Shown in pieces: positions 1 to 11,794 of a stretch of DNA of 64,000 bases. The notes under the pieces were generated by a model that was given only the letters and a program-made list of their open reading frames with translations, was not told where the DNA came from and did not search any database. The position numbers and the translations under genes are program-made. This DNA is from Neophaeotheca triangularis (Eukaryota): assembly GCA_054600435.1 (NCBI GenBank), contig BAAIJX010000006.1, positions 310,001-374,000 on the forward strand, in the 5' to 3' direction. Positions within the stretch are counted from its first letter, which is position 1, and the number at the start of each line of letters is the position of its first letter.

Positions 1-433
1 CAGCAGGTGTGAAGAGAGTCTTAGCAAAAACAGTCAGAACCCACTTATTCCCACCCTCCTCCTCGCCCCACCCTAAAACCTCCCAGTGGCTCCCCGCAAT
101 TACTAACCACCCCTTTCCCCTCCAATCCCACGAACCTCTTCCATCTCCTACAGCAGCTTTGTCTACACCCTGCACGCTCTGCACTTTCGTGCCCGTGAGA
201 GATTGATACGTCACCAAATCGTCTAAGCGGTCGGTGTTGTCGGCTGGAATAGAGGGGTCCGAGGGCGGAAGCGGCGTGTACGTTATTCGCACGTTTCTCT
301 TGGACTTCCACATTGGAAGGGTAGAGTGCGTTACATGCCAGGTTTCCGCTAGCCAGGGGACGGAGGGGTCGATGTAGGTTGCGGATTGGCTGGCGGGGGA
401 GAAGGTTGGGGGGCGGATTGTGATTTGTGACAT
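1..433 (-). CDS. Conserved fungal calycin/lipocalin-like hypothetical protein, 3' end outside the window
   Basis: Absent from the ORF track because there is no stop in the window. Manual translation from ATG at 433 is open to base 1: MSQITIRPP...WLAETWHVTHSTLPMWKSKRNVRITY...WDWRGKGWLVIAGSHWEVLGWG...FAKTLFTPA. These Trp-rich motifs match a fungal family I recognise; the fold is inferred. Confidence 0.75.
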   Translation of the reverse strand, partial: MSQITIRPPTFSPASQSATYIDPSVPWLAETWHVTHSTLPMWKSKRNVRITYTPLPPSDPSIPADNTDRLDDLVTYQSLTGTKVQSVQGVDKAAVGDGRGSWDWRGKGWLVIAGSHWEVLGWGEEEGGNKWVLTVFAKTLFTPA

Positions 434-924
434 TTCTGGTTTGGCGATGCTGTGGCTTAACTGTGGCTGCAACTATCTATGCAGAGAACTAGGTTACTAC
501 ATGTTGCACAACCTCAGAAATCCCTTTGTTGACGACCGCGATTGTCGTTGCTGTCGTGTTACGTGGCTGACTAAGCATTCTATCCGCTTAATAAAGCATA
601 CCTAGGTACCTAGGTACTAGTAGGTCTCCAACTCCACTGCGTACCTTGTATCGCCACCTTAAGTGAACAACCTTGGAACAAGTCCTCCTTGATTTAACGA
701 GCCTGAAGTCTCGAGCTTCCTGACTCAGGAGAGCCCACGATAAGAAGAATACTCGTCAACAGTTTCGTCAATCGGAACCAATAGCGACTATACGCAAGGA
801 TCGGAACGGCAGCCGAGCTATCCAGGACCAAGGCGAGCCCCAGGCCTCGAGTGACACAACATTGTCACCATAGACCAGTACGCAATTTTCAAGGGATATT
901 CAAAACACAAGCCCCAAGCTTTCG

Positions 925-2529
925 ATGCCCAAGAAACGCACGCCCAATTTCAAACCCTACTCAACAACCTCAGCCACTTCCAACACCAACACCCCCAACA
1001 ATGCTCCCACCGGCAGTGTCAACGAAAAACTCTCCGCCCTTCGCCTCGAGGAAACTCCCGAAGCGCTAGCGAAGAAACGCGCCCTGGCCGAAGCAGCGAA
1101 CCAGAAATCCGTCCATCCCTCTGTTCGAGGACTCCTGGGACAAGCGGAGACTGCGCCACCGAAACCGAAAGCAGGTGTCCGGGCGAGGGAGCGGTTGAGG
1201 ACGCCTGGGCCCGCGCCGCCGAAGTCGTGGACCAAAGGGTCTGCGTCCGGAGCGGGTGGGATGGCAGGGCTGGCGGTTCCCAGGCGGAAACGTCTGGCGG
1301 GGCAGAAGAAGCAGGCGGAGATTGATCGTCGACGTCCTCGGGAGCCTCAACGGTTGGCGAATATGATGGGCTTTCCTTGGGCGGAAGAGAAGAGTGGTGT
1401 GGTTCCGAAACTTTCGCATTTGACGTTGAAGGCGCTTGCCAGGAATTGGGATCTGCTGGATGAGGAGGATTACCCTGCTCTTGTTGATCTGCCGTTACAT
1501 TTACGGTTGAAGTTGATTTCGTTCCTTGGGGTTTATGGACCAACGATTGATGTCGGAGTACTCAAAGCACTGCTGCAAGACGTCAAGGTTCTTGGATCGT
1601 TGGACCTTGGTGGACTGGCCGGTCACGGTGAACTCACGATCAGACGACTGACACAGTTTATTAGAGGACGCAAGGAGTTCTTTACTGCGAGTTCCGACGG
1701 TCTAGCTATCGAACATTCTGCACCAGAGTCCTGGGAGTTAGAAGACGCCACCCATGGCCAACCTCATCTCGCTTCTGTTCTACCCAGTTGCCGAGTATCT
1801 GCTCTGGCATATCTCTCCCTATCACATCCGCCACCAACAGTGTCGTGGGGCGATTTACTTGCCCTGTCCAAACATACGACGCAACTGCGCTACCTTTCTC
1901 TCGCCTACTGGCCCAGGCCGACTTTGACACCCAATCTTGCAACAACGACGGTAACAAATTCCCGAGGTCCAGACGTCACCGCTGGAGGTTCTCACTTCTA
2001 CTCGGATCTAGACTCGGATACAGCCGAGCCGTTCGTGCTCCTCAGACGTCTCAGCGCGAATACGAACTTCCTTGAGTGGCTCGATCTTGAAGGCTGCAGG
2101 TGGATCGTCGCCCTAGCGGTAGGAGAGAAAGGCGTGCCCGGCGAGCAGGCCGAAAAGGGTGCCGAAACCCAAAACGATGATTGGTCGAGCAGTGGGTCAG
2201 GCGTAAGGCACACTTGCCACGATAATTGGAGGGCTTTGAGTTACATCAACTGCTCCCAAGGTTGGGTGCCTGATCGCTATGCCGTAAGTGAGGTAGCTTC
2301 AGTCGTGGCAGGAACTTGGGAAGAGAGCGACATGAACGAAGGGCTCGTAGCGTGGGCGGGTTCGGTTGAGGGATTCGAGTACAGTGATTGGAGTCTCAAT
2401 GAAGCCAGGGTTTGGCGCGACCGAGAGTTGGTGTTGCTGCGCTTGGGTAGAGCCATTCATGCCTTGCGAAGGTCCAAGCGGTGCTCGGCGACGACTCTGG
2501 ACTATGGATGGCGGCAGATCACGAGTTGA
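925..2529 (+). CDS. Conserved fungal hypothetical protein with RNI/LRR-like repeats
   Basis: 534-aa intronless ORF with a basic N-terminus and LxxLxL repeats (LGSLDLG, LAYLSLS, LRYLSLAYWP, LEWLDLEGC). Confidence 0.7.
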   Translation: MPKKRTPNFKPYSTTSATSNTNTPNNAPTGSVNEKLSALRLEETPEALAKKRALAEAANQKSVHPSVRGLLGQAETAPPKPKAGVRARERLRTPGPAPPKSWTKGSASGAGGMAGLAVPRRKRLAGQKKQAEIDRRRPREPQRLANMMGFPWAEEKSGVVPKLSHLTLKALARNWDLLDEEDYPALVDLPLHLRLKLISFLGVYGPTIDVGVLKALLQDVKVLGSLDLGGLAGHGELTIRRLTQFIRGRKEFFTASSDGLAIEHSAPESWELEDATHGQPHLASVLPSCRVSALAYLSLSHPPPTVSWGDLLALSKHTTQLRYLSLAYWPRPTLTPNLATTTVTNSRGPDVTAGGSHFYSDLDSDTAEPFVLLRRLSANTNFLEWLDLEGCRWIVALAVGEKGVPGEQAEKGAETQNDDWSSSGSGVRHTCHDNWRALSYINCSQGWVPDRYAVSEVASVVAGTWEESDMNEGLVAWAGSVEGFEYSDWSLNEARVWRDRELVLLRLGRAIHALRRSKRCSATTLDYGWRQITS

Positions 2530-2536
2530 GGAACTG

Positions 2537-3652
2537 TCAAAGGCGCGCTGTCTTATCCTCAAAGTGCATGCTCTCCAGAGCGGTCTCTGCTTCTTCCCGC
2601 AGTGTGGCCCATTGCGAATGGCGTGAGGCGTAGAAAGAAGCAGTGTCGATGCTTTGGCCGTCCCGCGAGAAGCAATCCGCAAGTTGAACGGCGTCTTCCA
2701 TCGCGGCATTGGCACCTTGTCCTCCCAAGATGGGCAGGGCGTGCACGGCGTCACCCAGGAAGGCAACATGTCCCTCTTTTGCTGTACGCTCAAGAGTCGC
2801 TGGATCAAGTAGATTAGAACGCATAAGCCAGTGGGTGATTCGGTCTTGTTTGACGGCGCTCGGGTCAAATGATTCCTTGAATGGAGTTGGCAGAGGGCCC
2901 AGACTGTGAAGTTCCTCGAGAAAGGACGTCTGTTTGTCTTCAGCGGCCAAGACAGACCGCCCGAGAAGCGCTTGATCATCGGTAGTGGCTGGTCGCGAAA
3001 AAGTGTAGCTGATGTTCACGCGGTCACCATCTTTGCCAGCTGCCGAGACATTCAATCTCGTCGAGCCAATAAGATGCGTGACCCCCTCGAGTTTCGAGAA
3101 CGCCGCATCAAGACCAAGTTTCTCGCACTCAGACCAAGCCAAGCGTCTCCTGCCATTGTACACAACATATGGCAGAACCTTTAGCGAAGACTCGTTCGGT
3201 AGCATAATACCTCGAACAGGCGAGTGCGCTCCATCCGCCGCCACCACCACTTTCGTCTCCATTCTCTCCCCATTGTCGAAGTGCACCACCACCTCATCGT
3301 TAGCAGTCCCCGACGGCGTGACAAACTTGACAGCATGCCGCCAGCGTATCTCAAGCCCCTCGCGCAGCATCTCCTCCAAAGCCCATCGGTTAGCGCGGAG
3401 AGCCTCATGGTTTTCCACGACCGACATTTGTTCGCGAAACCGCTTTTTGCTGGTTTTCATACGCTTTAGCAAAGGCTCGTAGGTTTTTTGGTCCAATGTC
3501 ATGCCGTAATCGTAGCGCTTGCCGCCGTTGTGTTTGTCGAAGAGGATGGCGGGGATTCCCCTGCTGCGGAGGCATTGGCCGAGCGAGAGGCCTCCGATGC
3601 CTGCGCCGATGATGCTTACGGGGCGTTGCATGTTTGGTGCGGTGGAGGACAT
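2537..3652 (-). CDS. FAD-dependent monooxygenase (aromatic hydroxylase family)
   Basis: Motifs IIGAGIGG (Rossmann), VVAADGAHS (DG) and FLGDAVHALPILGGQGANAAMEDA (GD). Likely ATG at 3652 (MSSTAPNMQ) with a TATA-like AT stretch about 40 bp upstream; the ORF-track start at 3868 is a non-ATG extension. Confidence 0.88.
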   Translation of the reverse strand: MSSTAPNMQRPVSIIGAGIGGLSLGQCLRSRGIPAILFDKHNGGKRYDYGMTLDQKTYEPLLKRMKTSKKRFREQMSVVENHEALRANRWALEEMLREGLEIRWRHAVKFVTPSGTANDEVVVHFDNGERMETKVVVAADGAHSPVRGIMLPNESSLKVLPYVVYNGRRRLAWSECEKLGLDAAFSKLEGVTHLIGSTRLNVSAAGKDGDRVNISYTFSRPATTDDQALLGRSVLAAEDKQTSFLEELHSLGPLPTPFKESFDPSAVKQDRITHWLMRSNLLDPATLERTAKEGHVAFLGDAVHALPILGGQGANAAMEDAVQLADCFSRDGQSIDTASFYASRHSQWATLREEAETALESMHFEDKTARL

Positions 3653-3954
3653 CAAGGAGGTCGATGAAGTAGCTTGGAGTCGGGAAATTTTAAATAGGGG
3701 AGCGAGTTGGGGGATTGCAGAGCTAGCTCGCAGTGCAGTGAAGAATGTAAGAAAGGTCTTGGCGGCGGAGGCGGGGTGCAGGAAAAGCGGGGCTAGATTG
3801 CTGACAGGTGAAGGGACAACGCTTGGATCCTGGCCTCCTTTGTACTCATGCATAAGCGAGGGGGGCAAGACTGTATTCGAATGAGTCCAGATGGCTTGGT
3901 ATAGAGGACAAGCAACCGTTGCTACATGGGGGAAAGTTTACAAACTGCCTTCGC

Positions 3955-6692
3955 TCACGTCCTACTCCTCCGTGAATTCAACTTGTTGTAAGCTTTTGTC
4001 ACCGGACTCTCGACAAGCTCGAAATGCTCCGAGAAGCGTTTCCTCAACCCCTGGCGACCCTCTGACGTAGTCATCTCTTGGTTCTCCATGTAAACATGCC
4101 CGCCCTCTTGATTGAGCTTCCAACTAAGGCGATACTGCTCTCCATGTGGTCCACCGCCGCCGGCGCCCGCGAGCTTCTCGCTTGGAGGGCTGTTGACGGC
4201 TATGGAGAACATATTCGGTGGTTCGCTGAAGTCTGTGAACCAATGGCGGTGGGATAGGAAGTAAGCGAGCACGATGACGTTGGTGACGAATACCACGGTC
4301 AAGACAATGTAGAAGGGTTTCTGGTAAGCTGCTGTGCCGCCAGAGGCGTATTGCTGGGCGCGGATGCTGGCGTTGAAGTATTGGTATTGACCTGGGTCTA
4401 GAATCTTGTCTGGAGCAGAGTAGTTCTGCTATGTGTTAGCGCTGACCCTCATGGCTTGGGTTGCTTGTGACTTACAAAAAACTGCACAAACGGGGAGTCC
4501 TTCGATGCTGAAAGGAGCGTGTTGCCGGCCATGACTGATAGTGCTTCAGCCGGGGAGGGCATGTGGAGGCTGAGTGCGGGCGTCGTGGGGATGCCGTGGG
4601 TCAAGAGTCTCGAGTTTGAGCCGTTGCCGTCGAACATCCCGCCGTTGAGGGCGAGTGCCCATGACCAGAGTGATCCAATGTTGGCCCAGTCGGGTGCTAC
4701 AGAGAAATTACCGCTCGTCGCGTTCTTGAGACTTTCGATGTATCGCATGTCGTCGTTGGGGTCTTCGCAAATGGCTTCGAGCGTCGCCCCACTGTTACTT
4801 GCGCTGTAAACCGTCGAGCAGTCAGGCGAAAGACTCGCACGGAGTTGGCATAGGGCGTAAGTAGGGGCCTCTGGGTCTTCCGCATCTGGTCCCTTGCCTA
4901 GAACATACAATGAATCCCGGCCCCATGGGATGCCAGTAGTGTCGTTGACGATAGTGTTGAAATTTATGGGGAGTTTGGGAAAGACCGGCGGCCACTTTGC
5001 ATAACCATACGCCTCGCCCCATCTGAAGATGTCGTCGTACTTCGTACCGCCAAGGAAAGGGTCCGCATACGCCAGCTGCGATGGCCAGATGGTAGTGTCG
5101 ACCGGCCGTACGGCGCCCTCCCAGGAATCGTAAACGAATGGCGCGAGCTCATCAGCGGTAGCGGAGATGCATAGTGTCCTGATCACGGGCGACGGCACTG
5201 ATGCTCGGACAGAATAAATTCCCAAGCCGTCCAGGTCCGAAGGCTGCATGATTCCGTTCACTGGATCCTGGCTCGCTTGTACTACGCCAACGTGCGGCAT
5301 GGCCATGCTGACATTGTTGACGATGATGCTAGTTCTCTCGAAGGTTTCCGTCATGTTGCTTTCGTAAAGTTCGATGAAAGGCGCCGTGATGGTAGTGTTA
5401 TCGTTCAACAGCGCGAACCCAGGGGGTCGGAAGGCTAGGTCAGGGCTTCCAGTTCCATTCATGGATACAGCGGCCCATGTAGTATGGTACTTTTGGAAAT
5501 TGTGGAAAGCGAAAGCTGCATGTTCTAACTGCAGGCAAGCTTGCGGTCCCTCTTCAGGATCTGCCGACTCAGGCACTGGCGATTTGCATTCTTTTTGGAT
5601 GTATGATGGATTGGCAAATTGGGTCTTGACAAGACCTGCCATTTCGCGGCCTCTCGTAACATGCCACTTGAGCTGAGGCTGTACCAATGCGTTGCTTGCT
5701 GTTGTATAAAGCATGGCAGTGAGAGTACTAGACAGCGCTATCAGGCCAAGAAGGGACAACCCTGCGTAACGGACCGATTCGAAGTTGGTAAAGAGACTTC
5801 CGGGCTGCATGATCCAGGTTCTCATACTCATCTCTGCCAACGTCACCCCAGCAGCGCCAGTCTTCCGACTGGCGGCACGCCGTGCGAGCACTTGCCCGAG
5901 GAAAGCGACGACCGCCGTGACAAACGACAGCTCGATTGTCTTGGCGAAAAGTGCAACGAGGACTGAGGCCGTTGCGTAATTCATTGCCCCTGACGTGCTG
6001 ATCCATTTTCCATAGCGAGGACCGTGGAATGCGATGACCAGGAAGATGCCCGAGAAGACGGTGGAGTAAATGGATAGAGCGAGCAAGGCCAGAGCTAACC
6101 AGCTGGCCTTGCCTTGCTTGACACTTGGTGCGCTTCGACAGGCCTCAGCGGCAGCAAATTCGTTGTATGCTGTTCTCAAGGAAGCATTTGTGTCTCTGTT
6201 GCGCAACAGCTCGGACTCTGAGTTGGTGGATTGCAAAGAGGCCAGAGAGGTTTTGGCAAACGTTTTGCCGCCAGGGTAGGAGGTATCTGTCTCCGGCGAA
6301 TCCCAAGCTGCTGTGCTGCCGCTCAGTGCTCCTATGGATAGTGGCGATGCAATGTTGTCGTACGGCTGGGAGCTCAGGGGCACCCTAGACGACAGAGGCT
6401 GAATGCTCACCCGGCGAGCCTTCTTTGGCGAGCTTTCGCCTGGACCGTAGTTGATCCCAAGACCATGATGTGAAGTCTGCTTGGGTGATTCGGCATCGAG
6501 GGAGTGAATTGTGTCCTCATCAATGACCGGGATCGAAGGAACCCGTGAGTATCCAGGCCTATGTCGTGCAGAAGGGGTCTGAGCTGCTGCGGACGGCGGC
6601 GCAGTTGGAGCAACATGTTTTGGGCTCTCGTGAAGCGTCGGATCGTCGCTCGAAAGCAGTGTGCTTTGTTCCTGGTCTTTCGTGTCGGCCAT
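3955..6692 (-). CDS. Conserved fungal multi-pass membrane protein of unknown function (2 exons)
   Basis: ORF 4449-6701 has a disordered N-terminus, three hydrophobic helices and a glycosylated lumenal region. A GTAAGT...GCTAAC...CAG intron (about 4426-4475) joins it to the exon NYSAPDKILDPG...SGG, a TM helix and WFTDFSEPPNMFSIAVNSPPS. Confidence 0.78.
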
Positions 6693-9349
6693 GTGCGGCA
6701 AAAGTTGGCCGCAAATCAGACACTAGTGCCTGGGTGTGTATGTCTGTTCAACTTTCCGCCGAGTGTAGGTAGCAAATTGACCGTGCTGAGCAGCGCACTG
6801 CAGCGTAACAGATTGAGGTGGGCGGCGGGGGTTGTACAAAGTGAGCGAGGGGAGGGAATAATCCCAGCCTTGTAGGAAAAGCAAACATATTGTACTTACT
6901 TCTGCTTCACGCTGTCTATCGAGCTTTGAACCAGCCGCGTGTAATAGGATGGAGCTATTCACCGGTGTGGCAGCTTGTATAGAAGTTATGCCAACATATA
7001 CTGTGTACCTAGATAGGTCAAAGCCGAGTAGTGATGGCGTCGGAATTGGGTACAAACCTCTCCCGAAGACACGCACCTCGCGAGGTTCTGGCCAGATTTG
7101 GCCTGTCAGACAAGGCTGAAAGAGACAGTACACAGCACACATGTTTGTACTCGTCGCTGTCGCTCTTGGAAGTACTCATGTGAGCTGTGGTCATCTTGGA
7201 AGGGAATGGCTATTTTATATTCCAGCGGTCCGTGCTAGAATGTTATCTCAGCCTCTCGCTTACAACGTGCCTTTCTCACCTCTCATTATTAGCAACTGTC
7301 CTGGTCGAGGGTAACCGTGGCGAGTCCAAAGACTCCCCTGTAGCTACAAGTAAGTACGATGTAGGTTTCGAATCAAGAGAACTTGGTACAAATCTACTAG
7401 GGACACTTACAGTTAGCTGGGTCACCTTGATTACCGCGCTCCCTGGCGGTAGCTCTTGAAACGAGATCGTACGCCGTTGCTATCTACCTAGTAGGAGAGA
7501 AGAGAGAGTATAGGTTCCTCCTATAACGTGCTATGTAATACTGCGGAGGGGTACATACATGTACTATGTAGTACTATGGTATCGGCCATGGCCCGGGGGG
7601 AAATCGCACGTACAGTAAGTTACCATTGGGTACTGATTAGGCAGTGTTTCTAGTCTTGCACGCCAAAGCGCTAGCCAATCCTGGACTAGGAAGAGACTGG
7701 TATCGAGACTTCACATTTGGCTGCATACACCGCATCCACGGATAGTAGGTACTAGTAGAGCTTCGATCCTTCGCCAACACGACCTCAAATAGGTACATAC
7801 AACATATAAATCCCTCTTTATCCGAATGGACGTAATGTGTCTTAACCTGGAATGTTGGAACGCCGTTGACCTTTTAATGAACGACCGCCGCCCCTTCATC
7901 ACAATTCCTGACATTAGTGTTGTATGGTACCCAACAAGGTAATCTCGCCTCAGCCTCCAGAACGGGACTATTTCCCTGCGCGTTTGATTCGAGAGAGCTC
8001 TCTGCAGTCTTGCTATGAGAGACATTCGGCATTGCCGATGCCCTCAAATGGCTGCATGGCAAACGCCCACCAGTGTACGCGATGCAGTCCTTAGGACTTA
8101 GGAGCCTTGGCCGTAAGTGTGCGCCTGATTGTAATCAAATCATGGCGGCACGCTTCTTTTCTGAATTTAAAGATTTTCGCTGGCATGGCTCATGTTCAGC
8201 CGACTGCCAAAGCACTAGGCTGCAGCGACGCATCCCCCTCGGCAAGGCAAAAACTCTTTGAGCTCCAACGTTGCTCTCGGACACTCAGCTTTCACTGTTT
8301 CACTACCCTTGGGTAGCTTCGGCATGCTTCTACTTCCTGTGCTCAACAGAGCACTTCACCAAGCAAAGTTAGTTCTATGTAGCAGCAGCAGCAGCTGAGT
8401 GGTCGAACGGCGATGCACATCTATCTCTTCTATGGCCAGGATGAATAACTAAAGGATCCATACGCCCCACGACCTCGGGCTTCACCAGTCACTGTTCCAG
8501 ATATTTCAGCAGGGCTGGGTCCCATCGCCCCTCGAGAATATACCACGCATTTGATCGCTACTCATCGACATCTTGTAAGCGTTTTCTGAGCGACTCAACA
8601 TGTGCTCTTCAATGCCACTCATTTCTATTTCGGGAGAGCTGTTCGTCAACCCCAAGCCCTGACCCGCGAAAGGCCCCTCGTCACGTCAGCGACTGGTTGC
8701 TACCTTTCCATTTCCCGGCTTCACTGGTTCATACTCGTTGAAAGTGTGTCTCTGGCAGAAGGAATGTCAGAGAGACTGTCTGTTTGACTCTTCCCACCTG
8801 CAACTGTTTTACCCTGGCTGTAGCTAGCGGGCTTAGGTATGAAAACACAATGTATGAGAGAAGGATGAAGTGTCTCTTCGCTTGACCATTTTTGCGTTAT
8901 TGACTAGCTAGGAGCGCAGGTGAAGCAAATGCGGAAGGGCCTGGCGTCGTCGAGGAAGACGTTGTGAAGTAGCACCCTTCTGCTTCGAAGATATATTTAA
9001 GGATTCGCCCATTGGCTGTCGAACACCAGAGCAAATCTTCACATTGGTGCTATTGATCACGTGCGCTGCAAGCTGGCAACCGCCTACAACCGTTCGTTGG
9101 CAGTCATACGCCGCACGGCATGAGCAGGTCAAGTTCAAATCCAACTGAGGAGATGTGCGTTCCACCACCCTCCATTATGCACGACAACCTGTTTTCACGG
9201 CGTACAGAGGGCTTGGTGTGAACTATATTATATATTGAAGCTGTCCTTCGGCATCGAGCAAGATATCGCAGCAGAATCCGTTCGGAACTGGAGAACGAGA
9301 ATACTCAACCATCCGCTGAGATCTCTCCGACAACAACAATAAAATCATC

Positions 9350-10295
9350 ATGGCCCGCCACTCCGAACCCAGAACCGCGCCCAAACAATCCATTATCCGC
9401 GGCCACGCCGTAGCAGCCATAGGCGAGCTCGTAGGCACTTTCCTCTTCCTCTTCGCCGCCTTCCTAGGGCACACAATGTCGGTTGAGCAAGCGCCCTCGC
9501 TCGGCCCCAACAACGGGCCCAGCAACCAGACCATCCTCTCCATAGCCCTCAGCTACGGTTTCTCCCTCCTCGTGACGGCTTGGGCTCTCTACCGTTCTCC
9601 GGGGGCTTATTCAACCCGGCCGTCACGCTGGGCATGGTCGCCAGCGGCACTTTGCCTCTCTGGCGGGGCCTCTGGCTTTTGCCCGCGCAGCTGCTGGGGG
9701 GAATCTGCGCGGCTGCCGTGGCGAGCGCGATTGTGCCTGGCGATATCACGGTCGTGCGGACATCGCTGGCTCCCGGGATGAGCGTGGCCAGGGGCGTGTT
9801 TCTGGAAATGGTACGATTGGGCAGATTCTTGCTCGCCATGGGTGTCTGACGGCTTGCTGATTTCGCAGAGCAGTTTCTCACTTCACAGCTCGTGTTTACG
9901 GTTTTGATGCTCGCGGCCGAGAAGTCCAAGGACACCTTCGTCGCTCCTGTCGGGATTGGGCAAGTCTTTCCACCATGACCGACGCCTTGACAGCAAAGTT
10001 GCTGACTTTCCGCAGACTCTCCCTTTTCGTCGCGGAGATTGCTGGCGTCTACTACACCGGAGCCTCTCTAAATCCCGCGAGGTCGTTCGGTCCCTGCGTC
10101 GCTGCCGCGTCGTTTCAAGGCTATCATTGGATCTACTGGGTCGGGCCTGCTCTGGGCGCCTTGCTTGCTGCGGGCTTTTATTGGTTGATCAAGTTTCTCA
10201 ACTATGAGGAGGCCAACCCCGGGCAGGATAGTGCTGGTCGGGATGAAAGTTGGAAGCCTACTTCGCCGGAGCAGGTGGAGAGTCAACGTCTATGA
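9350..10295 (+). pseudogene. Aquaporin (MIP family) with an apparent 1-nt deletion before the first NPA; pseudogene or assembly error
   Basis: GELVGTFLFLF, SGGLFNPAVT and [14 protein letters not shown]...HWIYWVGP are present, with introns 9811-9873 (GT-AG) and 9960-10015 (GC-AG). The sequence TAC CGT TC TCC GGG GGC at 9590-9606 shifts frame between YR and SGG, with no room for an intron. Confidence 0.75.
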
Positions 10296-10373
10296 ACCAG
10301 GTGATGCCTAAGGGAGGCGCAGCATAACGCTGTCTGGCAGGACTGGAAAAGCAAGTTTACTAATCGATGGACC

Positions 10374-10400
10374 AAAAAAAAAAAAAAAAAAAAAAAAAAA
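10374..10400 (+). repeat. Poly(A) tract, 27 nt
   Basis: Uninterrupted A run between the convergent aquaporin and esterase 3' ends. Confidence 0.95.
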
Positions 10401-10502
10401 GCGAAGACACGATCAATCTCAGACAGGAATCCCATTATCACGTTGGCATATCTATATCCACATAGGAGTCTTATAAGATACGAACCAGACCCACAGCCCT
10501 CC

Positions 10503-11794
10503 TTACTTCGCAGCCATCTGGTTCACACCATACTCTGTCGCATTGATCATTTCCTCGACCGACTTATCGCCCGGCGGCAACACCTGCGTAGCAAACACAA
10601 GCGCCAAATCCGAAGCCGGATCGACGGTCCAAAAAGTATTACAAACCCCACCCCAGCTCAGCGTCCCCTTCTTCCTCCTCCCCTGATCATCCCGCAAATA
10701 CAACATACCCCCTAGCCCATAACTCACCTCAACCTCCGGCTTCGCCTCCCCGATAAAGAAAGCCCCATACGGCCCGCACAGCAGCTGCTGCAGCGCAGCC
10801 TGGCACTCGCCACTCAACTGCGGCTCAAAGACCATGCCCGTGACCGTCTCGGGCTTCAAAAGCCGCCCGTCGTTCTTGAGCAAGCTCCGCAGCACTTTGA
10901 GGTAAGCCGGCACCGTGCCGTAACCGCCGTGACCGCCAAAACAGTCCTCGGACCCGGTGTTCAGGAACGGTTCCGTAAAGGGCGAGAGCTTTGCTTCCGG
11001 CGTCCGGGTCGTGAGTTGCGGTACTCGCGCCCCTGCGCCGGCTTTCTCCGGCCAGAAGGTAATGTCTCGCTTCTCGATGCCTAGCTGCGGGAACATGTGC
11101 TCGTGCATCCAGGTCTCGAGAGTCGTCCCTGCGGTGCGTTCGAGGAGCTTGCCTGCCCAGTCGATACCTGTCGACGCGGTTAGTGAAGAGACTTGGCGAG
11201 ATGAGTGAGAATTGCAATACCTGCTCCATAAGTCCAGGAGGTGCCTGGCTCGAAAACTAGAGGGAAGTCGTAACGGGTCTCGACCGTCGAGCCGGCGCCG
11301 AGGGGCTTGTTCCGGTGGGCTTGGTATTTCATCAGGTTGCGGTCGAAGGCGTCGTAAGCAATTCCCGAGGTGTGGGTGAGGAGTTGGCGGAGGGTCAGCG
11401 GTTTGGTGCGTTTGACTAGGATGGGCTCCGAGGTCGAAGCGTCGAAGCCGGTGAGGATCGAGATGTCTTTGAATTCTGTGAGGGTGGGGGAGACGTCGGC
11501 GTCGAGGGTCAGGAGCCAGCGTTCCACGGCTTGTAGGCAGGCTATTGTTGTCAACAGCTTGGTTTGAGAGGCCATCATGAACAGGCTGTCGTTGGTGATT
11601 GGGCTGGCGTTGGAGGAGAGGTCCATTTTGCCCGTGGCTTGGTCGTAAATGAAGGTGCCTGGGTAATCTGTCAGTGGGAGTCTAGCCGTGACGAGATTGC
11701 TTTTCGCAATACCATCTTTGTTTGTTGCTCCGACCACTGCGTGAGGGATCTTGCCGTCTGCAACGCCAACTGCTAAGGTGTCTTCTAAGCCCAT
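10503..11794 (-). CDS. Beta-lactamase/transpeptidase-fold esterase or acyltransferase (LovD/EstB-like)
   Basis: Motifs SxxK (MASQTKL), LRQLLTHTSG, PLVFEPGTSWTYGAGIDWAG and LSWGG. Introns 11659-11712 and 11168-11220 both start GTATTGC. Confidence 0.88.

Noticed and set aside
10374..10400. Poly(A) tract as a retroposon tail
   Set aside because: No target-site duplication or element body is visible, and the upstream aquaporin retains its introns.
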